A stretch of DNA of 63,856 nt, counting the filler, from Reticulomyxa filosa (Eukaryota > Protista > Foraminifera), in assembly GCA_000512085.1 (NCBI GenBank). It is 22 parts of 22 records of this genome, joined end to end, with 100 filler letters (N's around TTAATTAATTAA, not from the genome) between each part and the next. Parts side by side here need not be neighbours in the genome. Positions count along the whole stretch, not along the records: positions 1 to 2,126 come from ASPP01002919.1; positions 2,227 to 3,228 come from ASPP01045821.1; positions 3,329 to 6,664 come from ASPP01003397.1; positions 6,765 to 8,689 come from ASPP01035900.1; positions 8,790 to 12,011 come from ASPP01000543.1; 17 more parts are not named here. One strand, 5' to 3'. The notes under the pieces were generated by a model. The model had not been told where the DNA came from and made no database searches. It saw only the letters and a program-made list of their open reading frames with translations. A program made the position numbers and the translations under genes. This document shows, piece after piece, positions 1-11,215 of this stretch (positions are counted from its first letter, which is position 1; each line of letters opens with the position of its first letter).

Positions 1-644
1 GAATACAACTCAGTGCTGCCTTCTTTGCACTTGTTAGCAAAGCCTTCATTTTCGTTGTTTTTGAATTTCTTTTGAAGAGACTTTGTCAAGTCCAAGTCCA
101 TGGAACACAAACACTTGGACAAAATGAAAAAGTTTTAATTGATAGAATTTTGAAAGTTTCCCCTAGACTTTGGGTTTGATTTTTTGATTAATTAATCTTG
201 AATAATATTATAAAAAAATAAATTTCACTTAAAAAACATTTTGTTAAAAAAATTTGTATATATATATTAATAATGAATATATAATACTTTCAAGAAAATC
301 TGAAGATGTAGAACATGCTTGATCATCCGCGATTAGAGATAGTTTGAGTATATGCATAGAATTGTGAGAGAATTTGAAGCTATACTGCAAATGGATCGGA
401 ACTCAGCATGGACCATAAGAAGATTTTCGAGTTTTTTTTTTCAAAAATGTTTATGAATAACAATTTAATTGAAATATTTTTTTTAAAAAATAAGAAATAT
501 GGTTCTTGTTAGATTATTACTGATTTATTTAAAGATTTTGCTATTGATTTACTTTTTTTTTTGTCAATTTATTGACAATAATCAAATCCATCAAAATTAT
601 AAAAAAAGAAATTAAAAGTTTAATCTTTATTTATTTATTTTTGT

Positions 645-1847
645 TCAAAAATAATTGTAGTTTGATAAGTAAATATCTAAAGGATTGTAATTATCTTTGA
701 TTCGGTTAAAGTTCAAATCATCATGTTGAAGTTGGATTTGATAAAGCGCATTGTTTGAATTGATTCTCGCTTCATTCACTTTAACTGCATTTTTCTGCAC
801 TTGTTCCCATTGTTTGGCTAAACTGGATTTGATTTTATTAACATCAGAAGACAATAAAGCATGCGACTTTAGTGACCCCACAATGCCCTTAAATAAAGTC
901 TCAAAAGCTTCATTTCCATTTGTTGCTGCATACGTGCTTATAGCCTCCAATCCATCACCACAAAATTCACCTCTTCGTGGTGCGTTAATAGTACGGAATA
1001 ATTTGTACCAAGACACATTCTTAGAAGTTTTCAAGTATTTTACAGTACTTTTCAATTTTAATTCAGCATGAATGTCACCTTTTTCTTGTGCACGTTTTGC
1101 TGCACTCTCTAAAGAGATTACCAAAGGACACTGATCCGTCAATTTCACATGTGATTTCAATGGACCGAATGCATTGGAAATAGCACAACAATTAAGATTT
1201 GTGCTTTCGCGGATGAAATCTTTGAATTGCTGTAACGATTCTGCAAAGGTCTCTTGAGCACCATACAACGTCTTCAATTGAGAGGCATAGGTTTCAAGCG
1301 AGGTTTGATTTTGAGTCACAAATGATTGCAAGGCCGATTCTTGAGTAAATAATGGAGCGAATTTGATTGGGAATTGGTTAATCAATACTCCTAACAATAA
1401 ACGACTAATTGAATTATTCTTTAAATAATCCTTGATTTGAACAGCTTGTCGCAACACTTTCAATCGTGCCAAATCAGCATTGACGAGAATACTTTTCACC
1501 TTGTCACTGTCTTTATCTACCAAGTTGTCACTGCAGCCCTTTCCAAAAATAAATTTCCACAAAGTGTGGCTTGTGCAGGGCTCAATGAATGTGAACCAAA
1601 GTCCAAAATATTCCAAATTTCGTCCACCAATTCCTTTGCTGATTTCTCCGTCTTGACATCCACTACACTTGTTGCGTCTTGCACAATACTTATTACCGAC
1701 GAAACGGCTGCAATATCCGATTGAGCAAAGCTTTCTTCAATAAATCCGTTCCAACTCTTTCGAAATTGCGATGACAAGGCTTCCAATGGGCTCAATGCTT
1801 TGTCAATGGCTTTCAATTTTCCAAAATACTTGCTTTTGTCTACTTTC
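645..1847 (-). CDS. Hypothetical alpha-helical protein, 3' exon, with a probable 1-nt frameshift near 1522
   Basis: ORFs 1517..1816 and 645..1616 join (…ERAAVTT/LVDKDSDKVK…) if one T is added. AG acceptor near 1848. No family recognised. Confidence 0.55.
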
Positions 1848-2126
1848 TATTTTATTTATTTATTTATTTTTATATATACCCATATATATGGTATACATAA
1901 TTCGACGTTGCGTACGTGTGTACCAAACACCAATGTTTAAAAAAACACAAATCATACAAAATATCAAATATCAAAACTAATACAAATAAACAAATGAACT
2001 GAGGAGGAGTGATCCCATAAAAATTCGTAATATGCAATAAGTTTCTTTTCCAATTGCTGTGGAAGCTGTTCATACATTGTCAATCCAATTCAACAAAATT
2101 GAAAGAATAATTTTTTTTTTTTTTTT

Positions 2127-2226
2127 NNNNNNNNNNNNNNNNNNNNNNNNNNNNNNNNNNNNNNNNNNNNTTAATTAATTAANNNNNNNNNNNNNNNNNN
2201 NNNNNNNNNNNNNNNNNNNNNNNNNN
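2127..2226. other. Artificial contig linker (44N-TTAATTAATTAA-44N), first of 21
   Basis: Identical 100-bp six-frame-stop spacers start at 2127, 3229, 6665, 8690, 12012, 13686, 19006, 20868, 22577, 25659, 28590, 33405, 36923, 38448, 45113, 48055, 51170, 56933, 58335, 61351 and 62717. Confidence 0.99.
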
Positions 2227-2538
2227 TGCATCAAGTGCAAGTACATGGATTGCGTTGAAGTCTGCCCCGTGGATTGCTTCTACGAGGGCGAAAACATGCT
2301 GGTCATCAATCCAGACGAATGCATCGATTGCGGCGTTTGCGAACCCGAGTGTCCGCCCAACGCCATCCTGCCCGATACCGAAAAGGGCCTCGAAAAGTGG
2401 CTGGAGCTGAATCGCAGCCTGTCGGTTTCGTGGCCGAACATCACCCGCAAGGGCGAAGCGCCTGCCGACGCGGAGCAGTTCAGGGACGAAAAGGACAAGT
2501 TCGAGAAATATTTCAGCGACAAGCCTGCGGCGCGCTAG
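2227..2538 (+). CDS. fdxA: 7Fe ferredoxin (FdxA family), alphaproteobacterial, 5'-truncated
   Basis: [43 protein letters not shown] motif; GC-rich bacterial codon usage. Confidence 0.95.
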   Translation, partial: CIKCKYMDCVEVCPVDCFYEGENMLVINPDECIDCGVCEPECPPNAILPDTEKGLEKWLELNRSLSVSWPNITRKGEAPADAEQFRDEKDKFEKYFSDKPAAR

Positions 2539-2627
2539 ATTTACGTCCGCAAGCTTGCAATTGTACCTTTTGCAATAGCCATGCAGTTTTCGCATAGCTC
2601 GACCGTTGCTGAAATGCAACATAAAGC

Positions 2628-2656
2628 GCGACTCTGCGCTTATTTTCTGTTATAGA
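2628..2656 (+). promoter_or_regulatory. Candidate sigma70 promoter for carD (extended -10 TG-T-TATAGA)
   Basis: TGTTATAGA at 2648-2656 in an AT-rich patch; weak -35 GCGACT 17 bp upstream. Confidence 0.3.
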
Positions 2657-2827
2657 AATCCTGCTGGAAGCGGTCCGGGGTCCGGTCCGCCGCTGGCTCG
2701 GTGTCCGTGTCGGTATCCGAAAGAAACCTACCGATGCTCGAGACGCCGGGCCGCTTACGCAGGGGAGCGTAATGCGGTGGGTCGCGGTATCGCAGAAAGC
2801 GGGGCTGTTGTGAAGGGACTAGAGGAT

Positions 2828-3228
2828 ATGGCCAAGCCGAAGAAGGCGCCCGCCAAGGCGAAGGAATTTGCCTTCGAGAAGGGCGATTTCGTGGTGTACC
2901 CGACGCATGGCGTCGGCCGCGTGATTGATATCGAGGCGAAGGAAATTGCGGGCCACAAGCTCGACCTGTTCGTCATCTCGTTCGAGCAAGAGCGCATGAT
3001 GCTGCGCGTCCCGGTGGCGAAGGCGAAGATTTCCGGCCTGCGCAAGCTGAGCTCGCGCAAGATCATGGAGAGCGCACTGGTGACCCTGAAGGGCCGCAGC
3101 CGCGTGAGCCGCGCGATGTGGAACCGCCGCGCCCAGGAATACGAAGCCAAGATCAACTCCGGCGACCCGGTGTCGATTGCCGAGGTCGTGCGCGACCTGC
3201 ATCGCAATGCCGGCCAGCCCGACCAGTC
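2828..3228 (+). CDS. carD: CarD/CdnL family RNA polymerase-binding transcription factor, 3'-truncated
   Basis: FEKGDFVVYPTHGVG…LRVPV…WNRRAQEYEAKINSGDPVSIAEVVRDL. ATG at 2828 follows a purine-rich RBS. The fdxA-carD order is typical of Alphaproteobacteria. Confidence 0.95.
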
Positions 3229-3328
3229 NNNNNNNNNNNNNNNNNNNNNNNNNNNNNNNNNNNNNNNNNNNNTTAATTAATTAANNNNNNNNNNNNNNNN
3301 NNNNNNNNNNNNNNNNNNNNNNNNNNNN

Positions 3329-3910
3329 TTTGCCATACAGCAAGGGATGGAGATGGAAACCATTTTGAAATGGAAACCAAGGAGTGTTGATGACAGTACC
3401 ACTCTGGGACAGGGATTTGGGGATAAATACATTACACTGCCCACTTTCAATAGTAATGACATCAAAATCAGCAAAGAAATGAATGAAGCGATTGCTCATT
3501 TGGAATCTTTGAAAGAAAAAGTGGAACGTTATTTAGGTACTGATGCTGTCGCGTTTGTAATGGAAAAGTGTTTGGAACAGTTTGTGAATGGATTGAAAAC
3601 ACATATCCCTGTTGATGAAGGTAATGAAAGTGATGAAAATGACACGAACCAGGGTAATGATAGCACAAAACCTGTGTTGGGACTGCAAGGGCTCCAGCTT
3701 TTATTTGTTGAAGTCGAGTTCATTTTAGGATGCGTGCCTTATGTCACTCAGCAATGCACAAAATATTGTGCTGAGTTTTTGCAACACGCTTCCAATTATC
3801 TGAAAGTCGTCACTGGCAATCCTGTAGAGATTGACGAACGAGGTTTGCTCAACTGCGCGCAACGATTAGCGCAACAAAAAAAACAAATGACACAAGGGGT
3901 GGTCGGATGA
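3329..3910 (+). CDS. CATCHR-type tethering subunit C-terminus (Exo84/EXOC8-like), 5'-truncated
   Basis: KPVLGLQGLQLLFVEVEFI resembles the GLQQLxLDxxF motif of Exo84/COG/GARP C-termini. Confidence 0.45.
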   Translation, partial: FAIQQGMEMETILKWKPRSVDDSTTLGQGFGDKYITLPTFNSNDIKISKEMNEAIAHLESLKEKVERYLGTDAVAFVMEKCLEQFVNGLKTHIPVDEGNESDENDTNQGNDSTKPVLGLQGLQLLFVEVEFILGCVPYVTQQCTKYCAEFLQHASNYLKVVTGNPVEIDERGLLNCAQRLAQQKKQMTQGVVG

Positions 3911-4542
3911 ATTCTTTTTTCTTTTTTTTTTTGTTGCTGTTTATGTTGTTTTATTCTTGTGTGTTTTGTTGGCAATTCGTTCGAGTATGACTGAAACGAT
4001 CTATTTTATATTCTTTTGTTTTTTTTGGACACTTTCATGCCACTTTATTATCCATTCAAATAAATCTTAATTTGTGGTGAAAGTAATTGGTACTTTTAAA
4101 AAGTGACGTTTATTTCTTGAAACATTTTGAAATAATTTTTGGCGGTATTAAAATGCTCAGGACTCCGATATTTAAAAAAGTGGCTCCATAACTATTTCAA
4201 ATACCAATTTTATCAGAATCCGATTAGTAAAAAATATTTCGTATGATTTTTGAAATCTCAGATGTGCCTTCAAACCAACTTAAAATCTCTTGAACGAAAG
4301 AAATCTTCATTGAGATTTAGAATACAGTTTTGTTATATTACCGTTTGCATTAAACTACTATTTCAAAGAAAAACGAACTAATTACAATTTTATGTAAGTT
4401 GCAACTAACATCGAACAGTTAAAGTTAATAAATATAAGCAAAAAATATATTAAGTCTAATTTTGGAAAAGAAATAACTTTAAAAAATTTTTTTGTAGTTG
4501 ACTTAGTATGATAAGATTTGTTTTTTAAAATTTAATTTAAGT

Positions 4543-5400
4543 TTACCAACGTGTTAAATCTCTTTTGGCTTTTTTAACTGACTGTATTCTCTTTGGCATC
4601 GACTTTATTAAGGTTTCACAAATATTTGTTTCTATTTTTTCACATTCTGTTTCGGATTGGTTACAAAGTTCTTCAGTTGTATTAAATTGTCCTTTTTTGT
4701 GAATCTTTGTCTTTACTATCCGCCAAATATTTTCAATTGGATTTAAATCAGGTAAATTTGGAGTAAAATTCATTGTTTTTATTTTTTTTTTTTTTAACAA
4801 TTTCATAATTTTTTCCGATTTATAGCATGTTGCATTATCTTGCTGGAAAATCCAATCATCTCTATTTTTTAAGAAGTAATTGACGCTATTATCATTTCGT
4901 CATATAAAATTTCTTTGTACATATCAGTATTTACTCCACCTTCTATCTTGCAAGAGTAGCATATTTATAATGCTACAAAACATGACCAGACTAAAATGCT
5001 TCAACAACCAAATTTTGCTATTCTTGTTATGGAATTTTCATATAATTGTTGTCAATCAATATTTCGGCAACAAAATAATCAAAACGACAAAATCAATATC
5101 GAACATAAAAAAAAAAGTAAAATATCAAAAATTGTTTAAAAAACGATTGTCAAATTTCGTGACTACGAGAAAAACACGATTATTAACTTTTTTAAAGAAA
5201 TTTACCAAATCAAATGAAAGATTAAAATTTTTGAAAAAATTAGAAAGACTTACTAAAAAACCAACATGATATTTAAAAATTACACGATTCGTATATATTT
5301 TTTAAAAAATTTTGATTAAATGTTGTTTTTTCATGGAGAAACACAATCATCTCTACAAGGTGGCATTTTAAGTTTTAACTTTTTTTTTTATCCTAATGTA
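4543..5400 (-). mobile_element. Degenerate Tc1/mariner transposon (DDE domain C-terminal part plus terminal sequence)
   Basis: DDWIFQQDNA…PDLNPIENIW…LIKSMPKRIQSV. Segment 5245-5400 resembles the terminal repeat at 9351-9518 and ends in TGTA. Confidence 0.85.
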
Positions 5401-5619
5401 TTTTTGCTATAACGATACTTTCTTTTAACTTGAAGGCTGATTTCATTTACGTAATGATTGCAAAAACAATAAAGTGACTATGAAAAGAAATTGACAAAAT
5501 AGATGAAATTGGCTTTAATTAATTTAAAATAAAACTATTTTTAAAGTCATTTTGCGCTTGTTCTTTGACTGGCAAAAATAGAACAATCACGTCGTAAAAC
5601 AGATTAAAAAGAACATCAC

Positions 5620-5780
5620 AGCATAGTATTATAGGAATATTGAGACGACTAAGTGTAATACGAAATGAACTTAGTTCCAAAAAGCAACTCAACTAAAGGA
5701 AATTAACAAAAATAATTTCAACACAATAAAGGAAAACAATTAAAGAAAACACAAAAGTTAGTTTCCCACCGGTGGTCCCA
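5620..5780 (+). repeat. Dispersed repeat, copy 1
   Basis: Shares GACTAAGTGTAATACGAAA…ACTTAGTTCCAAAAAGCAACT…ACAAAAATAAT…CCCACCGG with 30200-30367. Confidence 0.8.
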
Positions 5781-6091
5781 CAATTATATTATTATTTGAT
5801 ATTGTACAATATTGACTTGCACTACATTATTTAACCAAAAAGAAATCATATTACTAAATTTCTGTTATTATTCATACAAATTTTGTATTAAAATTGTTTG
5901 CTCTTGAGTTGCAATTTTTTAAAAGAAACATTATTTATATCATGTTGTTTACACATCATAAATCTTTGTCAATCTTTTAGCAGCATGTATCTCACACAAG
6001 TGCTTGTGGATGTTGATTAATGGTTAATTGAACTGCAGTATTTGAGGTTCGTTCATTTCTTTGACTGAAAAACAGTTGACAAAAAAGAAAA

Positions 6092-6600
6092 ATGCAAAGC
6101 TCCTTTATTAATGATGCCCACCATTTGCACCATGCTGTTATTGAGCAAGTAGTGGAAAATTTGCGAGCAGATCTCGAAAATTTAGGCAAAACACCGCAGC
6201 AAGCAGCCCATATTGTTGAAAAGCTAAAAGAAGTTCAGGCAGACACATTCGCCAACCAACAACAACAAATGGAATTTTTTTTTTTAGAAATGGAAAGAGA
6301 ATCTGAAAAAATCACAAGCGGTTGACTCCAACAACTTCTTTAAAACGGAAGAGCCGAACCCTGACGACGAAGATGCATCACCATATCCACAACAAGTTTC
6401 ATTGTGTAATTTTTTCTTTATCCAAAAAAAAAAAAAACCGCAAGAAGGAAAACAAAAAAAACCACACTAGAACACAAGTTTACCCCCGATGAAAAACGAA
6501 AAGTGATGGAAACTAATGAGCATGTAGATAATAATCCACTTAATGGACGTGTGGCAATGCCTCCGAACTACGGAACTGTAAACCCGCTCGTCCAATCAAG
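6092..6600 (+). CDS. Transcription factor IIA large subunit (TOA1/GTF2A1-like), N-terminal exons
   Basis: HHAVIEQVVENLRADLENLG…IVEKLKE|KWKENLKK after splicing a short intron (about 6234-6287); matches the TFIIA-alpha two-helix N-terminus. Confidence 0.65.
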
Positions 6601-6764
6601 TTCTCTGAATTTTTTTTAAAAAAGAGGGTAATAAGGTAAAAAAGAGAAGAAACAAACAAAAAAANNNNNNNNNNNNNNNNNNNNNNNNNNNNNNNNNNNN
6701 NNNNNNNNTTAATTAATTAANNNNNNNNNNNNNNNNNNNNNNNNNNNNNNNNNNNNNNNNNNNN

Positions 6765-8149
6765 TTTGGTATTCAATTCTGCGTATGCGTTGTCTCTGAA
6801 GATACTGAAAACATTCGATTTGTTCATCAAGAACTTCGTCCCGCCATTGACGAGGAGCTGTCTCACTTGGCCACTCATTTCGGCAATCGCTGGAAAAAGT
6901 ACTTCCACTTGTCATTGGCTTTGTGCGACGGAGCTCCTGCAAGGTTGTCGGCCTTGACCGAGGGGCTCAGACCCTTTGAGCCGGACGTGCTGCATGTTGT
7001 CAACTTAAAAACCCTGTGGTCCAAGTTTCGTTTCAACCAATATAAATAAATACATATATACATATATATATACATATATATGTATATATGTATATATATA
7101 TGTATATATGTATTTATTTATATTGATATAAACCGATATGATAAACTGCTATGATTTGAAATGAAAATATACACCCAGATTCCCCAAACTTGACCGGCTG
7201 TGGGAAGAGGATATCGAATACCTAACATTCAACGACATGGAAACATACCCGGCACTGCAGCGACATGAAGTGGACAAAGATGTGCAAAAGATTGTGTACG
7301 AGATGGAGCGATGGAAGGACGACTTTGTGATCAAGATGAAAGCACCCAAGTCGGAAATCGAAACGTTTTGGCTGCGGAAGTCCTTTCAGCCCATTTTGGC
7401 AATTGTGGTGATTCAAAAGCCGAACGAGCCGATCGAATATTTCCGCGGGGTCAACATGGAGGTGGCCATGTCGACAGGCTCTTTATGTGCCGAAAGAAAC
7501 GCCATTGGCAGTGCCTTTGTCAGTGATCCTTCCATTCGCAGAGAATACTTCAAAATGGTGGCTGTTTTGCAAATGCCAAATTTGCCATCCACAACTCGAA
7601 TGTCCAAGCTCGACAGGGAGTTATCTCCTCAGCCCTCTGGTGTGTGTGTGTGATAATCCATTTCTGTGAGTTGGTGGCTGGCAGTCCTATGTTTCAATAC
7701 ATCTTTGTACGATAGCTTCACCGGTTAGTCCTCCTCCTTTGCGCTTGGAGAAAGCCCAGCATCATTACAGCGCCTCGACTCATCGCAATCAGGCCATGTT
7801 GAGTCAAAGCAATCCCTTTGGCAAGAACAAATTGTCCCCCAGCACGCATTTAAAGGTCGACGAAGACGGGCTCGAAGATCAAAATCCTCGAGGTCCTTGT
7901 GGCGCATGTGCGGAATGGCTCAAGAAAATTGCGGAGGTCAATCCCAATTTTAAAATTGTCACTTTTTCTGACGTCAAGTTAGCAAAGTCCTTTTTTTTTT
8001 TTTTTTTCTCAATTGCAATATTATGTTTGAAATGTTCAATTGTGATGTAAAAAAAAAAAAAAAAAAAAATTAAAAAAAATTGCTCTTGCATTTGTTTACA
8101 CTTCTTTTTATACAGCATGACCGAAGTCTTTGTTCGTCATGTAGGATGA
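6765..8149 (+). CDS. Cytidine deaminase-fold protein with N-terminal extension (4 exons, 5'-truncated)
   Basis: GVNMEVAMSTGSLCAERNAI and PCGACAEWL zinc motifs; GT-AG introns; stop at 8147-8149. Confidence 0.8.
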
Positions 8150-8789
8150 TCCAATGCTGATATGGCAGAATGTAAGAAAGGAAGAAAGAAAGTGGGAGAA
8201 GGTCGTGCGAAGATAAAGAACACGTAGTCATTGAAAATCAATTCTTGTGCTCAATTGTCTTGATTTCTTTTTCTGTTCTTGTTATCATTGTTTTGTGTTT
8301 GTTGGGGAAAAATAAAAACTAGCTATAAAATTGATTTTCAAACTTTATTCATTTCGCAAGACCCTTATGTTAAAAAGTGACTTGCCTTTTGCCTTTCATT
8401 GCTTTTGGATAATATCCTCCATCTTTCAAGTTTGATTGATCATTGAACTACTTAAAGAAAAATTTTGGTTGTTTAATTTTTTGGAAAATGGGAAAGTAGT
8501 TAGGATTTCTTGGAAATGTGTAATATCTTCTGATGTTTCATTATTATTGTCTCAATGCGTACATCATACATAGAATATATGTCGACAATGCCCTTCGCAA
8601 GGGAGTTTTTAAAAAATGCGTTTCACTCTTTAAACAATTTATTGGATTGGAATGTGTGATGAAAGGATTGTATGAAAAAAAGATAGTATNNNNNNNNNNN
8701 NNNNNNNNNNNNNNNNNNNNNNNNNNNNNNNNNTTAATTAATTAANNNNNNNNNNNNNNNNNNNNNNNNNNNNNNNNNNNNNNNNNNNN

Positions 8790-9518
8790 GATTATTTGAA
8801 ATTTTTTAAAAAAAAGATTTTTTTGTAATGTTTAATCACTTTCACTCAAATTAATTTTTGTTTCATTTGAAAGAATGACTTTTTTACAATTATCTACAGT
8901 CCAGTGTTTATATAAATTTGCAAATTCTAACCTTGCTTTGATATGACTATTATATAAATCTGGCTTTTTCTTATTAGTTACTAATATCAAATCATTTCTC
9001 TTTAGAGTTTTTGTTAAAGTTTCATAAGAAACTTTGATTTCATCATCTAATTCTTTCTTGACGTCTTTTGAGTTTTGCACTTTACAGAAACAAGCAATCT
9101 CACAATTTTACGCTGAACTCGCAAAGTAATATTCTCTGACTTGACAGATCCAGCTTTTCTTTTTACTGTTCCATTATGCTTATATACACCAGCCAAAATT
9201 GAAGCGAATATATACTTACATTAAATTCTTTGCTATATCGAATGCTAGATCCACCAACCAGCATACAAACAGCAACTACTTTCTTAAAAGCAATCAAATG
9301 TTGCAACATTTTAAATATCAAAATTTTAAAATGTCAATTAAAAATTCGACAATAAAGAAAATTAGCAAAAAAAAAAAGAAATTTAATATTTAAAAATTAC
9401 AATATTAGTATATATTTAAAAAAAAAAATTAGGTTTAAATCTTTATTTTTCAAGGAGAAAATCGATTCTATTCATATAATGCCATTTAGGTATTACAGTT
9501 TTTTTGCAATATAATGTA
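8790..9518 (-). mobile_element. Degenerate Tc1-like transposon, 5' half (Tc3-type HTH) with terminus
   Basis: VSYETLTKTLKR…KKKPDL…KARLEFANLYKHWTVDNCKKVILSNETKINL; terminal sequence 9351-9518 is shared with 51270-51432. Confidence 0.85.
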
Positions 9519-10432
9519 TATGAAATCTATCATCAGACTGACATTGCTACATCATGCATACAAGTATAACATTGTCTGTGATACATTCATTGCAAACCTT
9601 TAATATGACATTAGTTTGCTTGATATCACATAATCTCTCTCGCACGCACTTGTTGTGATATTGTATCGCAACATGTGTGCTATACTGAGCTAATGCTTAT
9701 CTGTCTCCAACAATACATTAGCATTCTATCTGTAATCAGAAATGACACAATAACATATAATCAAAAATAACATAATTAAAATGATAACTAAGTCTGCAGT
9801 CATACTTTCAAAAGATAAACAAAGAATAAATTTGTTTGATTAACTTTTTTAAAGCGAAATCGACTTGACAATATTTTCAATAATGGATCTGAACATGACA
9901 CGAACTTGCAAAACTGCAGAAAAAGTGGATAAAGTTCCTCACAAACATCACACTTAATTTTTTTGTTGCAACGAAAAATAAAGTTTTGGTGCCATTTAAT
10001 TCTTAAATATTAATAGAAAAGAATTCAAATTTGTTGTAACAAGTACTTTTAAGTAATAAGACTCAAATGAATAGCAAGTATTTGACTACTTAGTTAAGTT
10101 ATTTGAAGACAAACAACTATCTTTGTTAAATCTGAGAAGAATGGATTATTTCACAATTAAGTTTTTGCTATATTTTGAATTATTTTGCTTGAATTATAAG
10201 AGTGTTAATTTTCTTGGAAAAAAAAGTAATTGTAGTATTTTAAATTAGCATTTTATGTCTTGCATTTAACAGAATATTCTTGAAGTTGTAAATTTTTAAT
10301 GAAAATTGTGTTTACTATTGGCACAGACTACCAATGACGATTAAAAACAAAAAATAAGCACAATATTTCACTCAGTCGACAAAGTATAAAATAAACTTGA
10401 TTCTTTCACATGTGAAGAAAAAAGTTTTCATA

Positions 10433-10948
10433 TCATGTCTGGAGTTGTTTTAAACCATCTTTCATGTGTTTGACACGATAAGCGAGTTGATCTCTTTCTG
10501 ATGTTAGCTTTGCGTTATCTTCCTCTAACTGTTTATTTCAAATATCAACAATCTTATATCACATACCAAGCTTTTCACTTCCCTTCCTCTCCAATGTATT
10601 TACGCCAAAAAGTTAATTGCAATACAATTTGCAAACATACCGATTGAGCTCGTTTTTCCAACTGTATAACCTCGTCTCTTAATTTTGTCAACTTTGCAGC
10701 AATTTGTTGTTTTATGGACGAGTCAATTGCCTCGGCTGGTGCTATTTTGTTGGCCAAGGTAAAACAAACATATAACACACATTCACGAAATTTCGGAAAT
10801 CTATACAATTGTTTTTATTCGAACCTGCTGTGTGACTGGTTTTTTTTATTGCTTCGACTTGCTTTTCCAATATTTCAGTTAGTTTTTCTGCTCTTTCAGC
10901 TCTTTCAAAAAGTTGTCTAACTTGTTCTTCTGTCAATTGAGTGGTCAT
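10433..10948 (-). CDS. Small coiled-coil protein (3 exons), AIMP1/ArgRS N-terminal zipper-like
   Basis: Spliced reading: MTTQLTEEQVRQLFERAERAEKLTEILEKQVEAIKK…KLTKLRDEVIQLEKRAQS|LEEDNAKLTSERDQLAYRVKHMKDGLKQLQT*. Confidence 0.7.
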
Positions 10949-11215
10949 AGCTGATTATTTTTTTGCGATATATAAAAAATGATCTTTTTTGTAAAATTTC
11001 TCCCCCTTTTTTTGTCTCTGGTTACTTTTTGAACGCCACCAGAAGGCCATAATAACCAAAATGAATAAAAAAGCTATTACAATGAAAGAAGGACGATATG
11101 GTCAATTTATTGTGAAGACATGAGACGCTACTCCTGGCAATATCTTCCTTTCTTTTTTTAAATTTAAATAACTTGCAATTACAAAGCCTACTAAATTTTA
11201 AGTGTTTGACAAAGA

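Noticed and set aside
2606-2827. N-terminal extension of CarD in the ORF track
   Set aside because: Read-through of intergenic DNA; homology starts after the ATG at 2828.
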